From Yuukianura sp. NJ FZ-2021 (lineage: Eukaryota), in assembly GCA_046563655.1 (NCBI GenBank), contig CM102288.1, positions 6,386,001 to 6,450,000 on the forward strand: a DNA stretch of 64,000 bases, given 5' to 3'. This document shows, piece by piece, positions 26,605 to 37,526 of the stretch. Made by a program: the position numbers and the translations under genes. Each line of letters opens with the position of its first letter. Within the stretch, counting starts at the first letter, position 1. The notes below the pieces were generated by a model that did not search any database, had not been told where the DNA came from, and saw only the letters and a program-made list of their open reading frames with translations.

Positions 26605-26634
26605 TATATAAAGCAGAGCGTTTCGGGTTCAGTT
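26605..26634 (+). promoter_or_regulatory. Duplicated TATA + Inr core promoter upstream of the terpene synthase pseudogene
   Basis: AAGTATATAAAGCAG...GTTCAGTTATTATCTTCTTCACACCACACAG closely matches AAGTATATAAGCAC...GTTCAGTTATTAACTTATTCACACCGCACAG at 12611-12665. Confidence 0.6.
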
Positions 26635-26675
26635 ATTATCTTCTTCACACCACACAGATCCACTCAAAGCAGCAA

Positions 26676-26798
26676 TTTTAAATTTCAGCCCAATCGGTAG
26701 AAAAATGGCGGACTTATAACGAATCACCGCTTTAACTGCTCGCTATAGAATTCGCTATAACACGGCCATTTTGCAACCGATTGGGCTGAAATTTAAAA
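26676..26798. repeat. Short inverted repeat (hairpin)
   Basis: TTTTAAATTTCAGCCCAATCGGT pairs with ACCGATTGGGCTGAAATTTAAAA. Confidence 0.7.
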
Positions 26799-27040
26799 AA
26801 CTTTTGTGTGGTAAGCTATTGCTTCCAGTGGAGCAAATGTGAGAATAAACTCAAGAACAACAAAGACTCCGAATGTCGGATTTTTCTCTTCTTTTTTTTT
26901 AAATTTTGATCCAATTCGGTTCTTGGTACAATTTTGCTCACTACCGAACAGTTTTTAATTAAATTCAAGAAAAAATAATTTCCACTTTGAGTGGATCTCG
27001 AGAAGCATCTCATTTTAGCTAATATTTATCAGCAGAAGGG

Positions 27041-27800
27041 ATGCAAACCATCTCTGATGTATGGTAGAGTACCAAATTTCTTAGTACAAATCATAATTGC
27101 TTTGCACATCGAAACTAGCTCGTCGAAAAAGTTTTCCGGCGTCTATCAAAAAAACCACAAACGGAACGGCCTGGCTCGGATGTAAAATAACTCCAAACCA
27201 CGTTTGAATACGTTGACGTTTCCAAGCGACGCCACTTCCAGAATCTCGCCACAGTTACTATTGTCGAGTAGTTTACACAAAGCCTTGGACAGCTTTGGAC
27301 AATGACGTTATCGACCTCAACATCAAGTTTATCTTTTGGAGCCAGAGAGTACTTCATGAGTATGTTGAAAGATATCTGTCTAACGTCATGATATATTTGC
27401 GTAATTTTTCATTCTAAAATTCGTTCCCACTGGTAAAACAGTGACAACGAAAGATTGTTGTCAGGTATATGCTTTAATATGCAGGTCACTTATGTCAAAG
27501 AACTAAAAATGTGTTTAGTAACACAACAATTTTAAGTTTATTTCTCTTTAAGCATTTAGTTACACAGGTTCAATGTTGTCCTATGTCACTATATACTCAA
27601 ATAACGTCAACGGGATCCCTCCCGAAAAAAATGTACACAAGATACATTATTTTTTAGATTCTTTTACCCAAGGTATTGAATATTTACGTACAAATGGACT
27701 TTTATTTAGTGTACCGAGATATTTGGTCATAAATTTCTGGAAAGCATATTCGCGACCATATACGACACGAACTTGGTTATAGTTTCAAAGTAAAGCATAG
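27041..27800 (+). pseudogene. Decayed terpene synthase paralogue
   Basis: Manual translation of ~27150-27350 gives KPQTERP ... EYVDVSKRRHFQNLAT ... VYTKPWTALDNDVIDLNIKFIFWS, versus KPRKERP ... EYFDISKRREDFQNLAT ... VYIDPWSSFDSDVMELELQFTFWC in the intact gene. Frameshifts and deletions are present, and the upstream non-coding DNA is also homologous. The 3' extent is less certain. Confidence 0.8.
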
Positions 27801-28734
27801 CTGTAAACTCTTGTCTTGTCATATACAAATCAGCGTATAGAAACTGATATCCACCTTGTAAATAAAATTTAAATGAAAATAGTGCCATAATAAATACTTA
27901 TGATACTCTATTATCCTTTGGTCCAAAGTAACAGTTGGAAAACTACTAATCGCGCAACTAACTCTACCACAGAAGTATGCAGGCCCTCTTCCGGTGTCGG
28001 AAGCAAAAAAAAAGATGATCTACTTAAAATGTCAGTTATATTAAAGAAAATAAGGCAATTTAATAAAAATTAATACTTTCCGAAATTCTTAGAAATAAAA
28101 ACTGGTATTGCGACGAAAAAATCCTTTGACTTTTATCACCTCTAGCAACTAAACTTAATTGGACTTGGAATTCTAATTGCATACTTTTCCAAGAAACCCT
28201 TCAATTATTTCAGGGTCTATTATTTGAATAACAAATTTAGGTACAAGATTTCGTTTCCGCTTTTTGAAACTTTCAGAAATAACGATTTTGGTTTTCAAAA
28301 TTTTTGCCCCATAATTTCTTACAAAGAAATGAATTTCCCAGCGTCCACTTTTACGTGCCACACCCTGTATAATTCATTGCATGTATTTATGCGCAAACGG
28401 TCACATCCAACAAAACCAGTAAAAAAAAATTCTAATAATTGAAAAAGTTGTCAGTGTTCTATTCACACAAGACACGATTGTCGTTTCTTTTGCGCCAGAA
28501 AGCTACGGTGAGAATTTGATTTTTATTTCTATTATTATTATCAAAGTAAATTGCTTAGAGTAACCGCTGTTTCGAAATAACTCGAGGAGCACTGCCACCA
28601 GTATTTTAAAAATGGCGGGCATATCCTGCTATTAGGAATAGTGTTACATCGTGTAATTAGTAAAATTGTTTCAGGAGGCTTACTTAAAAACTGTAAATAA
28701 ATAACTTTTTCAACTTTCAAAGAACCCATCCAAA

Positions 28735-29046
28735 ATGCTCTCAAAAAAAGAATTTGACCACTATCAAAGTACTTTCAAGTTCTTTTCAAGGATAAAGTTC
28801 TTTCCATATCGTTCCAAAAACAATTTGCTATGCCGAAACAAGTCAAAGGTCAAAAAAGCGTGGAACTACTTTTTTTGTTGTGGCTTCAGGCTTATAGTTG
28901 TGGCAACTGTTTTATGCCGTTCAGAAAACAGCGAAGACGGACAATTATTTTATACTACGTTTCAAACTGGAACATTCCTATATGTTGTTACAAGATTTGC
29001 TATCTGGGCTACCCTTCAGGTCTACGAAGGAGAGACGATCCAACTA
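28735..29046 (+). pseudogene. Truncated copy of exon 1 of the GR-like gene at 16427
   Basis: MLSKKEFDHYQSTFKFFSRIKF...NNLLCRN...WATLQVYEGETIQL versus MLSKKEFDHCQTILKFFSKVKF...NNLLCRN...WATVQLYEGETVQL. The middle is frameshifted and restored; the copy is then cut off by repeat DNA. Confidence 0.85.
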
Positions 29047-29304
29047 GACCTAACCTAAAATGTGTTACAGGTTACTAGGTTTATGAAGCACGTCTTGCAT
29101 CGAGGTTGCCTATTTTTCACTCTAAACTGACAATTATCCGGGAAACGGTTCGATATTTCCCGAATCTATTTTCAATATTGCACTCCTAGCAAACCGGGAA
29201 GTTCACTATTGATTGTCATCCCGGTGACTCAACTCCAGCTGGGTCACAGGTTAACGTCAATCGCTTTTATGCCCTGCAGCATGAAAAATGACCTATGCAA
29301 AAGC

Positions 29305-29887
29305 CGTAGCAGGTCATAAGGGCTAAACCAAAAAGGGCTACTCCAATAAGGGCTACTCAATAAGGGCTAAAAAAAATAAGGGCTACTCCAATAAAGGCTA
29401 CTCCAATAAGGGCTACTGTCAATAAGGGCTACTGTCAATAAGGGCTACTTTTAATAAGGGCTACTTAATTAAAGCGTATTTACTTATTTTCCCGCGCCGA
29501 AGGCGCGGCGTTAGGTTATTTAATTTACAGTAGTGATTAGTTTTTAAAATGAAAGCCTAACCTAACCCCGGGCATCAACGAGGCCTGATGCAAATTACGA
29601 AGAAGTCTTGATTTTTAATTTGATATATTTTCTACAGCGATTAGGTATAAAATGCGGGAAGATAACACTGGAAGTTAATTCAGCAGGTAATTGAATTAGC
29701 GGTTATTTAAACTAGCCCTTATTAAAAGTAGCCCTTATTAAAAGTAGCCTTTATTGACAGTAGCCCTTATTGACAGTAGCCCTTATTGGAGTAGCCTTTA
29801 TTGGAGTAGCCCTTATTTTTTTTAGCCCTTATTGAGTAGCCCTTATTGGAGTAGCCCTTTTTGGTTTAGCCCTTATGACCTGGAACC
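29305..29887. mobile_element. MULE/foldback-type non-autonomous element with 9-bp TSD and AAGGGCTA subterminal arrays
   Basis: TSD TGCAAAAGC at 29296-29304 and 29888-29896. Ends CGTAGCAGGTCATA...TATGACCTGGAACC. ~160-bp near-perfect inverted arms made of AATAAGGGCTACT units. Confidence 0.9.
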
Positions 29888-30604
29888 TGCAAAAGCTGTT
29901 CACCTTGTCGATGTTAACAGCTTTTGTGAATCGTGTGAGCCCAAGTGACCTCACCCCGGGTCAAAGGTCAAATTTTTGAATTCGGAATAAAATGTTATCT
30001 GATTCTTTCAAAACAAGAGTGTACTAAAACCCAAAGCTAATCAATTCTTAATGAACTCAAGAATCTTCGTATGACTAAGTTTAAGTATAACTAATATTGA
30101 ATTTGAGTTTTGAGTTAAATATATTCCAATGCCCTTATCACGGGCGACTAGAGCATGTCTCCATTCTACCTTGACATTGGACGGGCGCGATTCGGAGTCC
30201 CGGGTTCAACGACACGAACGTGTCATGCCGTGACGTGGTTCTCGGAAAATAGGTCAGTTTGCGACTATGTGGGTGCGTGTGAAGATGTCGGTAAATGCAG
30301 TTGTAGAAGGGGATTTAAGCCGGTATGCGTACGAAACTTTTTCTGTCTCAGTTGCCAGCGACGCTGATACTAGTGAACCCCTAGTCATTCTTTTGTGTCA
30401 ATGTCTTTTGTGTCGATATCTTTTTTTCGATGTAATGGCGTGCTTCGAGTCCGTTCAGCTCACCAGAGGACAAGCAAGGTTGGAAGTGGAAAATAATGAA
30501 ATTTAAATTTACCTTTGATGACCCTTAGGGGTCAATGTGTTGCACGAAAGTTGATAAAAGTCAATACAAATTATTATATAAATAGGTTGTAAGTCATTTA
30601 AGCC

Positions 30605-30755
30605 GAAGAGCCTTTTTAACAAAGAATCCCATTGTGTCAGGTTCATCCACAAAGAGTGGGTAGAACTCTTGTAAGAAGTGGAGAATGATGTCACCTTTAC
30701 GCTCAAAAACTTTTACAACTCCATCCTCAAAGCCCACAAAAACCACACAAGCAGC
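30605..30755 (-). pseudogene. Fragment of an ionotropic receptor paralogue (S2 region)
   Basis: Minus-strand translation VFVGFEDGVVKVFERKGDIILHFLQEFYPLFVDEPDTMGFFVKK matches AFVGFEDGFMTVFERVGGSTLHFCQEFYSLPVAEPDTVGFCVKK of the IR at ~33080-33220. Other exons are not evident. Confidence 0.8.
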
Positions 30756-32709
30756 TTTTCTTCCAGTTTACTACCAACTTGTTTATTTCGCTTTCAAAAG
30801 GTTCCAGTTTTGAATCATAAATTTCTTAAAAAAAAAAAGAATGTAAAATCCATCCTTGATCTTTTACATTTATCGCTTTATGTACTAGTTTGAAATTGAT
30901 CAGCTCCTCTCCGTGTGCAAATTACTTCAAACAACTTCCACAATTCGACAGACACAATAAAACGTGAAATTTATTGGTGGAGAGAAAAGCTAACTGACAC
31001 TAATTGTTTTCTAAACGGCGTCATGCTGGACAGGGGGAACACGTTTGAAATGTCGAAAATTCAAGTGTTAAAAACAGGATAATAACTCAACGGCAATAGT
31101 GGCCACTACAGTTTTTCTTTTATTTTTGTTTTGTAATATGTTTTCATGAAACTCAATAGGTATTTGTCTGTGTGGTATCATAATTACGTTTTAACAAATA
31201 CGGCAAAATTCAAATTGTCAAATCCTTGCCTCTTAAACTTCATCTTTGACTTCAATAATCAAAATTTGGAAAAACCACGAACCACCGAAGAAAATTTGGT
31301 TGACCTAGCTGTACTTGTACAATATTTGTACTTGGGGAATTCATTTTACATTTGCTAGGTTAGTTTAACCTAACCTATGATTTAGCGGTTCCGAATCTCT
31401 CGAATCTTGCGAATGTGCGGACTAGGTGGTATCTACATTTTAAAAATCTTAAATGAAATTTAAATCCAACTTCCAAAAATATTATAAATTTTGTATGTGG
31501 TGGATATACCCATAGCACTCTGTAGTCCTCTGAATCTGTGCCAGATTCGTTCCATTGCCGAACCAATTTGGAAATTCTTTTGAAATGTTGTAAAAGTATA
31601 AATTATATACACGCCATATAAAAAATATATTTTATACGAATGTTACCTGCGCTTGAACTTTCGCCATTTTGCGAGCATATTTGGAGGCATTATTTTTTGG
31701 TCGAAAGAAATCTGGATGAGAAATGGTAAAGTAGTCAAAAATTAGTGGAATCGGTGTTAATAAAACTCAAGGTTCGTAAACAAAAAAAAACTTTTTCTAC
31801 ACCAGGTTGTCCAGTAACTTATTGTTTGATGAAAAAATTCCGCATTTCTATGGTAATTTTTCGCATGTAATGTGAATGGGATTGGTGCAAAAGTGGCGCA
31901 GAAATTTGTTTGAAGTGAGGTTTTTGTAAACCCCGAGGTACTGGACAACCTCTTGTAGACTGGTTGCTATAGCAACGTTGATAAAACTAATTCAGGAGTA
32001 CTAAAAATGTAAATACAAAAATACCTACAACATAGGTCCAGCCTATTCAATTTCGAAAAGATCCACCGGTGGCACAAAACGTGGACTTTATATATCTCGG
32101 AAAAGTTTCCAAAGTTTGGAAAACACTTTCGCATTTCCTACCTTCATAATCTTTAAATTCACTTATGATCTCATTCTCAATCAGACACACAGTTTCTTTG
32201 TAGTAACGTTTGTTTAATTTTCAAATTTTGAAATTTAATAATTCAAGAATCAGTTAGACATGCAAGTGTCTTTAAATTAAGGTTCAGAAATAAAAAATTG
32301 CAGAATCGTTAGACACTGCAATTTTTATTAATTTGGATAATGTGCCATTGTTTCCCTCACACACCATCTTTCCGCTCTCATTTATTCTTGAAAAACTATA
32401 CTCGATCTATGTGTGATTTTCAGACTATTAAACTTCACCTAACTTTAAGAATTTGGAAATTTCAAACAAACGAAAAATTCTTGCAAAAGAAAACCTATTT
32501 CTGAGTGGCAAAATTCAAAAACTACACGCGGTTCACATTTTGGTTTCCGTATGAAACCTGCCATTCATTCTCACGGATTTCTGCTGCAACAAAACAAGTT
32601 CAATTTTTTCCTTTTAATTGAAAACGAATTCAACTGGCTAACTAAATACTCAACTAATTAATTACTCAGCTAAATACCTCGAAGAAATTAAGTTGATCTC
32701 TTCTAGAAG

Positions 32710-35476
32710 TCAGTTCAAGTAGTAACCAAGTGAACTCCTGATGATCCTTAGCTTAACCTGTTCCAGAATATGTTCCACCAGAAGAAAAAACAACGCTGCC
32801 AAAGTTCCGCACAAAAGTACGACGAACGCCGTGAAAACGTCCAGAAACTCCAGTGCTTCTCCGCCGCGATTTTTGATCTTTAAAATGCACTGTGGAGAGG
32901 TCTGAATATGGTACATGCGCATACTCCTATCCGTAACGCCTCTCTCCTGCATCAACAGAATCCTACAACTCAAATGAAATAAATATATAAAATAAATAAT
33001 TAAATATAATAATAATTTTATGAATGATTTTGTAAGTTATTGACTTGTGGTTGAAGAGTTCTTTATATGGAGATCCCTTCTTAACACAGAATCCCACTGT
33101 GTCTGGTTCAGCTACAGGCAGAGAGTAGAACTCTTGACAGAAATGGAGAGTGCTGCCACCTACACGCTCAAAAACTGTCATAAATCCATCTTCAAACCCC
33201 ACAAATGCCACGGCCCCACGAACCACCAATGGCATTGCTTCTTCCACCCCCATCTTCTCCAACTTCTCATTGGTCCTCGCTCCTAGAGACTCCAACTCCT
33301 GCGCATAGTTAAACTCCCATGTAAAAATTCGTTCTAGTGTAGCATAAACAGAAGATTTTGCTGACTTTTGAAAAAGAATTGATTAGAATTTGACTGATTT
33401 TGACCCGAATTTCTAGATTTTGACTAGAGTTTGCCTTACTTTGACTGGAATTTGACTGATTTTGACCGGAATTTCTAGATTTTGACTAGAATTTGAGTGA
33501 CTTTGACTAGTTAGATGAATTGTACTGACCTTGACGTAAGTTTCTACATGTGGTAAGTCCACATCTCCTATGACCGTGAATCCACTGGCCCCCAACTGTG
33601 CCTTGTTTTTGATGGGCGTTGTTTCCATGGTGAGGATTGGAATAAGTGCAGCGGAGAAGGCGACGTAGATGACATAGCCAAAGACAGAGGTGGAGAGGAA
33701 GATGACCTTGAGTGCTGGTGACCTGGGGAAGAAGTACCACCCTTGCTGGCAGAAAGTGGACAAGACCCAGAGTAGAGAGGACTCCACCAGTTCAGAGTCA
33801 TAGCGAGACTCTCCCATCCAGTGTACACGCAAGAAGTGCTCCAAGGTCATCGAAGTCACTACCAAACTCCACATTCCAAGCATAGCCAACCAAGTATTCG
33901 GAGACAACGGGTTGATCAGGATGTTCCGAATTGTACTGGCCTCAAAATTTAAAAAACAAAAAAAAAGTAGAAAATTTAAAAACTAGCTTGAGGTTGAATT
34001 TTGAATTCTCAGGGTCAAGTTGATCTCTGACCTGGGGGTTTTTGAAGAATGCTTGGACGCTGATCCTAGTGAGGGGATGGAGGTAGTCGATTCCTCGCAA
34101 GCGATATGTTAAAAATGTTGCCAAGTTTAGTGTGATGTCCACTTCGTCATTACGCAACTGAGCAGCCAATCCAGTCCAACTTCCGTTTGCCTCTTGGTAA
34201 ATCTTCCCTCTGCCCACCACTGCTTTAGTCCTGAAAATAAATTCTGAGAAACTTTTAAAAGTTTCAATACTAATGAAATGTTGAGATTGTGTGTCCGTCT
34301 GTTCCTCAATACTAAAGATATGTTGAAATTGCGGGTCCGTGTGTCCTTTTTCGCCTAATAGATCGTCACTACATTATACCTCGCTGAAATATATCTCAAC
34401 GACTTTATATAATAGTTTGAGATAAGTATGAGATAAATCTTCGACATATTTTGGTTGAGATATAATTACGAAGATATTTTTGAATTTGAATTGTATCTCT
34501 TACGTAAAGTTGAGACTGAATTGAAGCGCTTTGAAGACCATGAGACAGACACCGCTGCCCAGTTCGAGTTGTCCATTCAGTTGTCTTTTGAACGTCACTT
34601 GTCGACCGTAGTTTAGATGCTCCTGCGCAGTAAAACAAAGTAGATCTGCTTAGTCACTACGCATCACAGTTAAAATAATGCAAGTTATGAATTAAACAAC
34701 TGAAAAACTTACAACAGCTGAAGGCCGAATGACACTTTGCTGCAGATTTTGTCGCCGTACAGCTTTACGTAGGAAGTTTGAAAATACAGTGATTTCCAGT
34801 TCGCCAAATTCAAGTTTCTGGAAAATGCGTTCCTTTGCAAGTGAATAAAGTTCGAATACTTCCAAGTAGCCAGTAGTTGTGTTTTGAAAGAAGATGTAGA
34901 CGTCGCTGTCAGCAGAAAATCGACCTTTGACCTCACCAATACAATTTCGCAATTTAGTTACGCTGAAATCCACAAGATCTGAATCATTTGAATTTTGTGG
35001 CCAACCGACAAAAAACAGAGGTCGCCAAGAAAGCCAGGGGTCAATGACGTTCTCCAAAAGTTCAGCAATCTGGGAATCACAACGTTACATGAACGTTCAT
35101 TTATGTAAATTTATACTTACATAAAATTTACATAAAATACATAAATTTGTGTTACTTTATTCAAGATGTGGACGAATTCTGTTTTGTTTTGAGGCCAGAT
35201 TTCAATGACTTGTGGAACAGCAAACGATGTCGTTGCAGAAACGTTGATCCGCCATGAAATGGAAGCCAGCATTGGTGCTGGCTGTTGACGTAAACGTAAG
35301 TCAAACGTTTCGTCGTCATGGTTCCACAACGTTGTGATGTCGTATGCTCCATTTTGAGTGTCTGACAACAGCATTCCCAATGGAGACAGTAGCTGACCTG
35401 CGACCTGTGACCTGTGACCTGCGACCCAACTGCAGGTCAACACAAAAAGCAGTATTTGCAACAATTGCTCAGCCAT
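32710..35476 (-). CDS. Ionotropic receptor (divergent iGluR-family chemoreceptor), multi-exon
   Basis: Signal peptide; S1 NGSWTGLAAQLRNDEVDI; M1 SPNTWLAML; pore region STFCQQG; M3 YVAFSAALIPILT; S2 KKGSPYKELFN and MQERG; M4 FLDVFTAFVVLLCGTLAALFFLLVE. Confidence 0.9.
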
Positions 35477-35763
35477 ACTTCAACTGACGCCTCAACTCAA
35501 AGAAGTAAAGTGGAAGATTTCGAAATTTTGTGAAATCTTTGTAAAAATTGTCTCGTTTTCCACTTGGCTGCAAATTGTTTACATGTCATTTCAAAAATTT
35601 GTGTTCTTTCACTTACGTCAGTATTGACAAATCAACGAGTATTCAAAAAAATTAAGCATTTTTTGAAATTTAGTATTTTATTACACTATTTGGTTTTTTC
35701 GTGATCAAATTAATTTTTTTTTCGTTTGGAATTAATGTAACTTATACGTAGTTTCGTGCCGTT

Positions 35764-36086
35764 TCAGCCCCAGCCGCCTCCCCACCTTCCTCCTCCCCAT
35801 CCTCCTCCCCACCTTCCTCCACCCCACCCTCCTCCTCCCCATCCTCCTCCACCCCAGCGACCCCTCCACCCTCCTCCATATCCTCCTCCCCACCCTCCTC
35901 CGTATCCAAAGCCAGGATATCCAAATCCAATTAGAAACTGAGCATTGTCCAGCGGCAGAACAACCAAAATCACTGCCAATATTCCCAAAATCTAAAATCA
36001 AAGTAAAAGGCAAAAGTTTATGTTAAAACCTCATTTTGAACAGAATTTTGAAATTATGCAGTACTCACGCTTTTTAGGGTCAACAT
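35764..36086 (-). CDS. Small secreted Gly/Trp-rich peptide (cuticular or antimicrobial-like), 2 exons
   Basis: Exon 1 MLTLKS|GTGAG splices to ILGILAVILVVLPLDNA-QFLIGFGYPGFGYGGGWGGGYGGGWRGRWGGGGW...GWG*. A signal peptide is present, with TATAAA ~105 nt upstream. Confidence 0.75.
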
Positions 36087-36639
36087 TTTGAAATTTTTTG
36101 AGTTCAAATTCCAAATTAGAAAAAACTATTTCTGCTGATCCACTTTCTTTTTTTTTAGTTTTTTCTTTGCAAGGAAATGAACTGGATTGGTTTTATACTT
36201 TGGTTCAAGTGAGCCAGTTCCAAGAAAAGAATTGGCAAATTATGAAAATCTGCAATTTGCACATCGACGCCAAAATTCGCAAATTGGCTCCTTCCAGGAA
36301 AATCTTTTATTCATCAACACTTTACGCAATTTGAATCTCAACAGACCAATCATCACCCTCATCATCTTCCAAAGTAACTAAAATTATTTGCAAAACAACA
36401 CATCTCCATTATACTCAAAATTTCATTTGCTATGACTAGATTAGGTCAGACTAAACTTTCGATTTGCGAAGCTTCTCAATTTAAAAGTTAAACAAGTTTA
36501 AAAGACAAGAAAAACAAAGTTTAAAAAAATTCATTTGTAGCCGACGAGTTTTAGAACGAAAAAGGTCAAAGGTCAGACAAATTTTTATTAATCCAAACTT
36601 TTTCAATTTTGTGCAAAATTTTGAAAGTTTTTTTTGTTT

Positions 36640-36879
36640 TTATTTGCCGACTCCACTGCATCCTCGTTCGTCACAAGTGATTTGAGGCGGAGTAGCGCAT
36701 GAGCAGTAGGTTTTCCAGCCGTGCCCTAAAGCGATACAGTCAGTCTGCGTCGCTCCGTCGCTGCTACACGCAGACGCACATTGCCCGCAGTCCTCAACCA
36801 CCTTCTGATAAATGGCACCCTCCACGTTCACCAATAGCAGAGCTCCAACCACCAACAAAACAGACAAGGTAAACTGCAT
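36640..36879 (-). CDS. Secreted 8-cysteine peptide, CS-alpha/beta defensin-like
   Basis: Signal MQFTLSVLLVVGALLLVNVEG; mature AIYQKVVEDCGQCASACSSDGATQTDCIALGHGWKTYCSCATPPQITCDERGCSGVGK with CxxxC and CxC spacing; single exon. Confidence 0.75.
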   Translation of the reverse strand: MQFTLSVLLVVGALLLVNVEGAIYQKVVEDCGQCASACSSDGATQTDCIALGHGWKTYCSCATPPQITCDERGCSGVGK

Positions 36880-37526
36880 TTTCAAATTCAAAACGTTTTT
36901 TGAAAAATTTTGAAGAAAAAGAAACTCTTTTCAAAAACCTTGAACAATTGTTTCAGTATTTTTCTTGAATTGGGTTATAAAGTGAAAGTGGAGTGAAATT
37001 TAAGGAAAAAATTTCATAAGGATTTTAATTACTTCAATTTTAGTTAATGAAGTCAATTAACTAAATTTAGCCTAATTTAAACTCAGAAGTTGTGAAGAAT
37101 TGGAGTAATTTGGTCCGCTTGGCTGAAATTAGATTTGACCTGGATGTGAGCCAAGGTTCGTCAACAAGCAAAAAATTCTTTCTACACCAGGTTGTTCAAT
37201 ACCTCCTTGGACAGAAAAATACTGGATTATTTACACATGTAATAAATGGGAAGGGGTATGCAGTATGTAATTTTTGGTTTCTTGCTTCCGATACTTGCGA
37301 TGATTTTGACAAAACCTAGATTTGAAAAAAATCAATAAAAGCAGTTGAAAAGTTTTAGTCGTCCGATTCCACCCGACTTGAGCTCATTTTCACTACAATT
37401 ACGCTAAAATAACTTAATTAACGTAATTTTACTTGAACTAACGTAATTACAAAGTTAACTTTTAGAAAGTTAGTGGGATTAAAGTACTTTCACCAGTTGA
37501 AAGTTTTGGAAAGAAAGTATTTTGGA

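Noticed and set aside
35764..35930. Springtail-type glycine-rich antifreeze protein
   Set aside because: Lacks the regular Gly-X-X, Ala-rich tripeptide pattern; it is GGGW/GGGY with many aromatics.
35756..35941. Extensin-like PPPH ORF on + strand and acidic EEGG ORF on - strand
   Set aside because: Alternative frames of the Gly-rich gene; only the Gly-rich frame has an ATG exon, in-phase splice, signal peptide and TATA.
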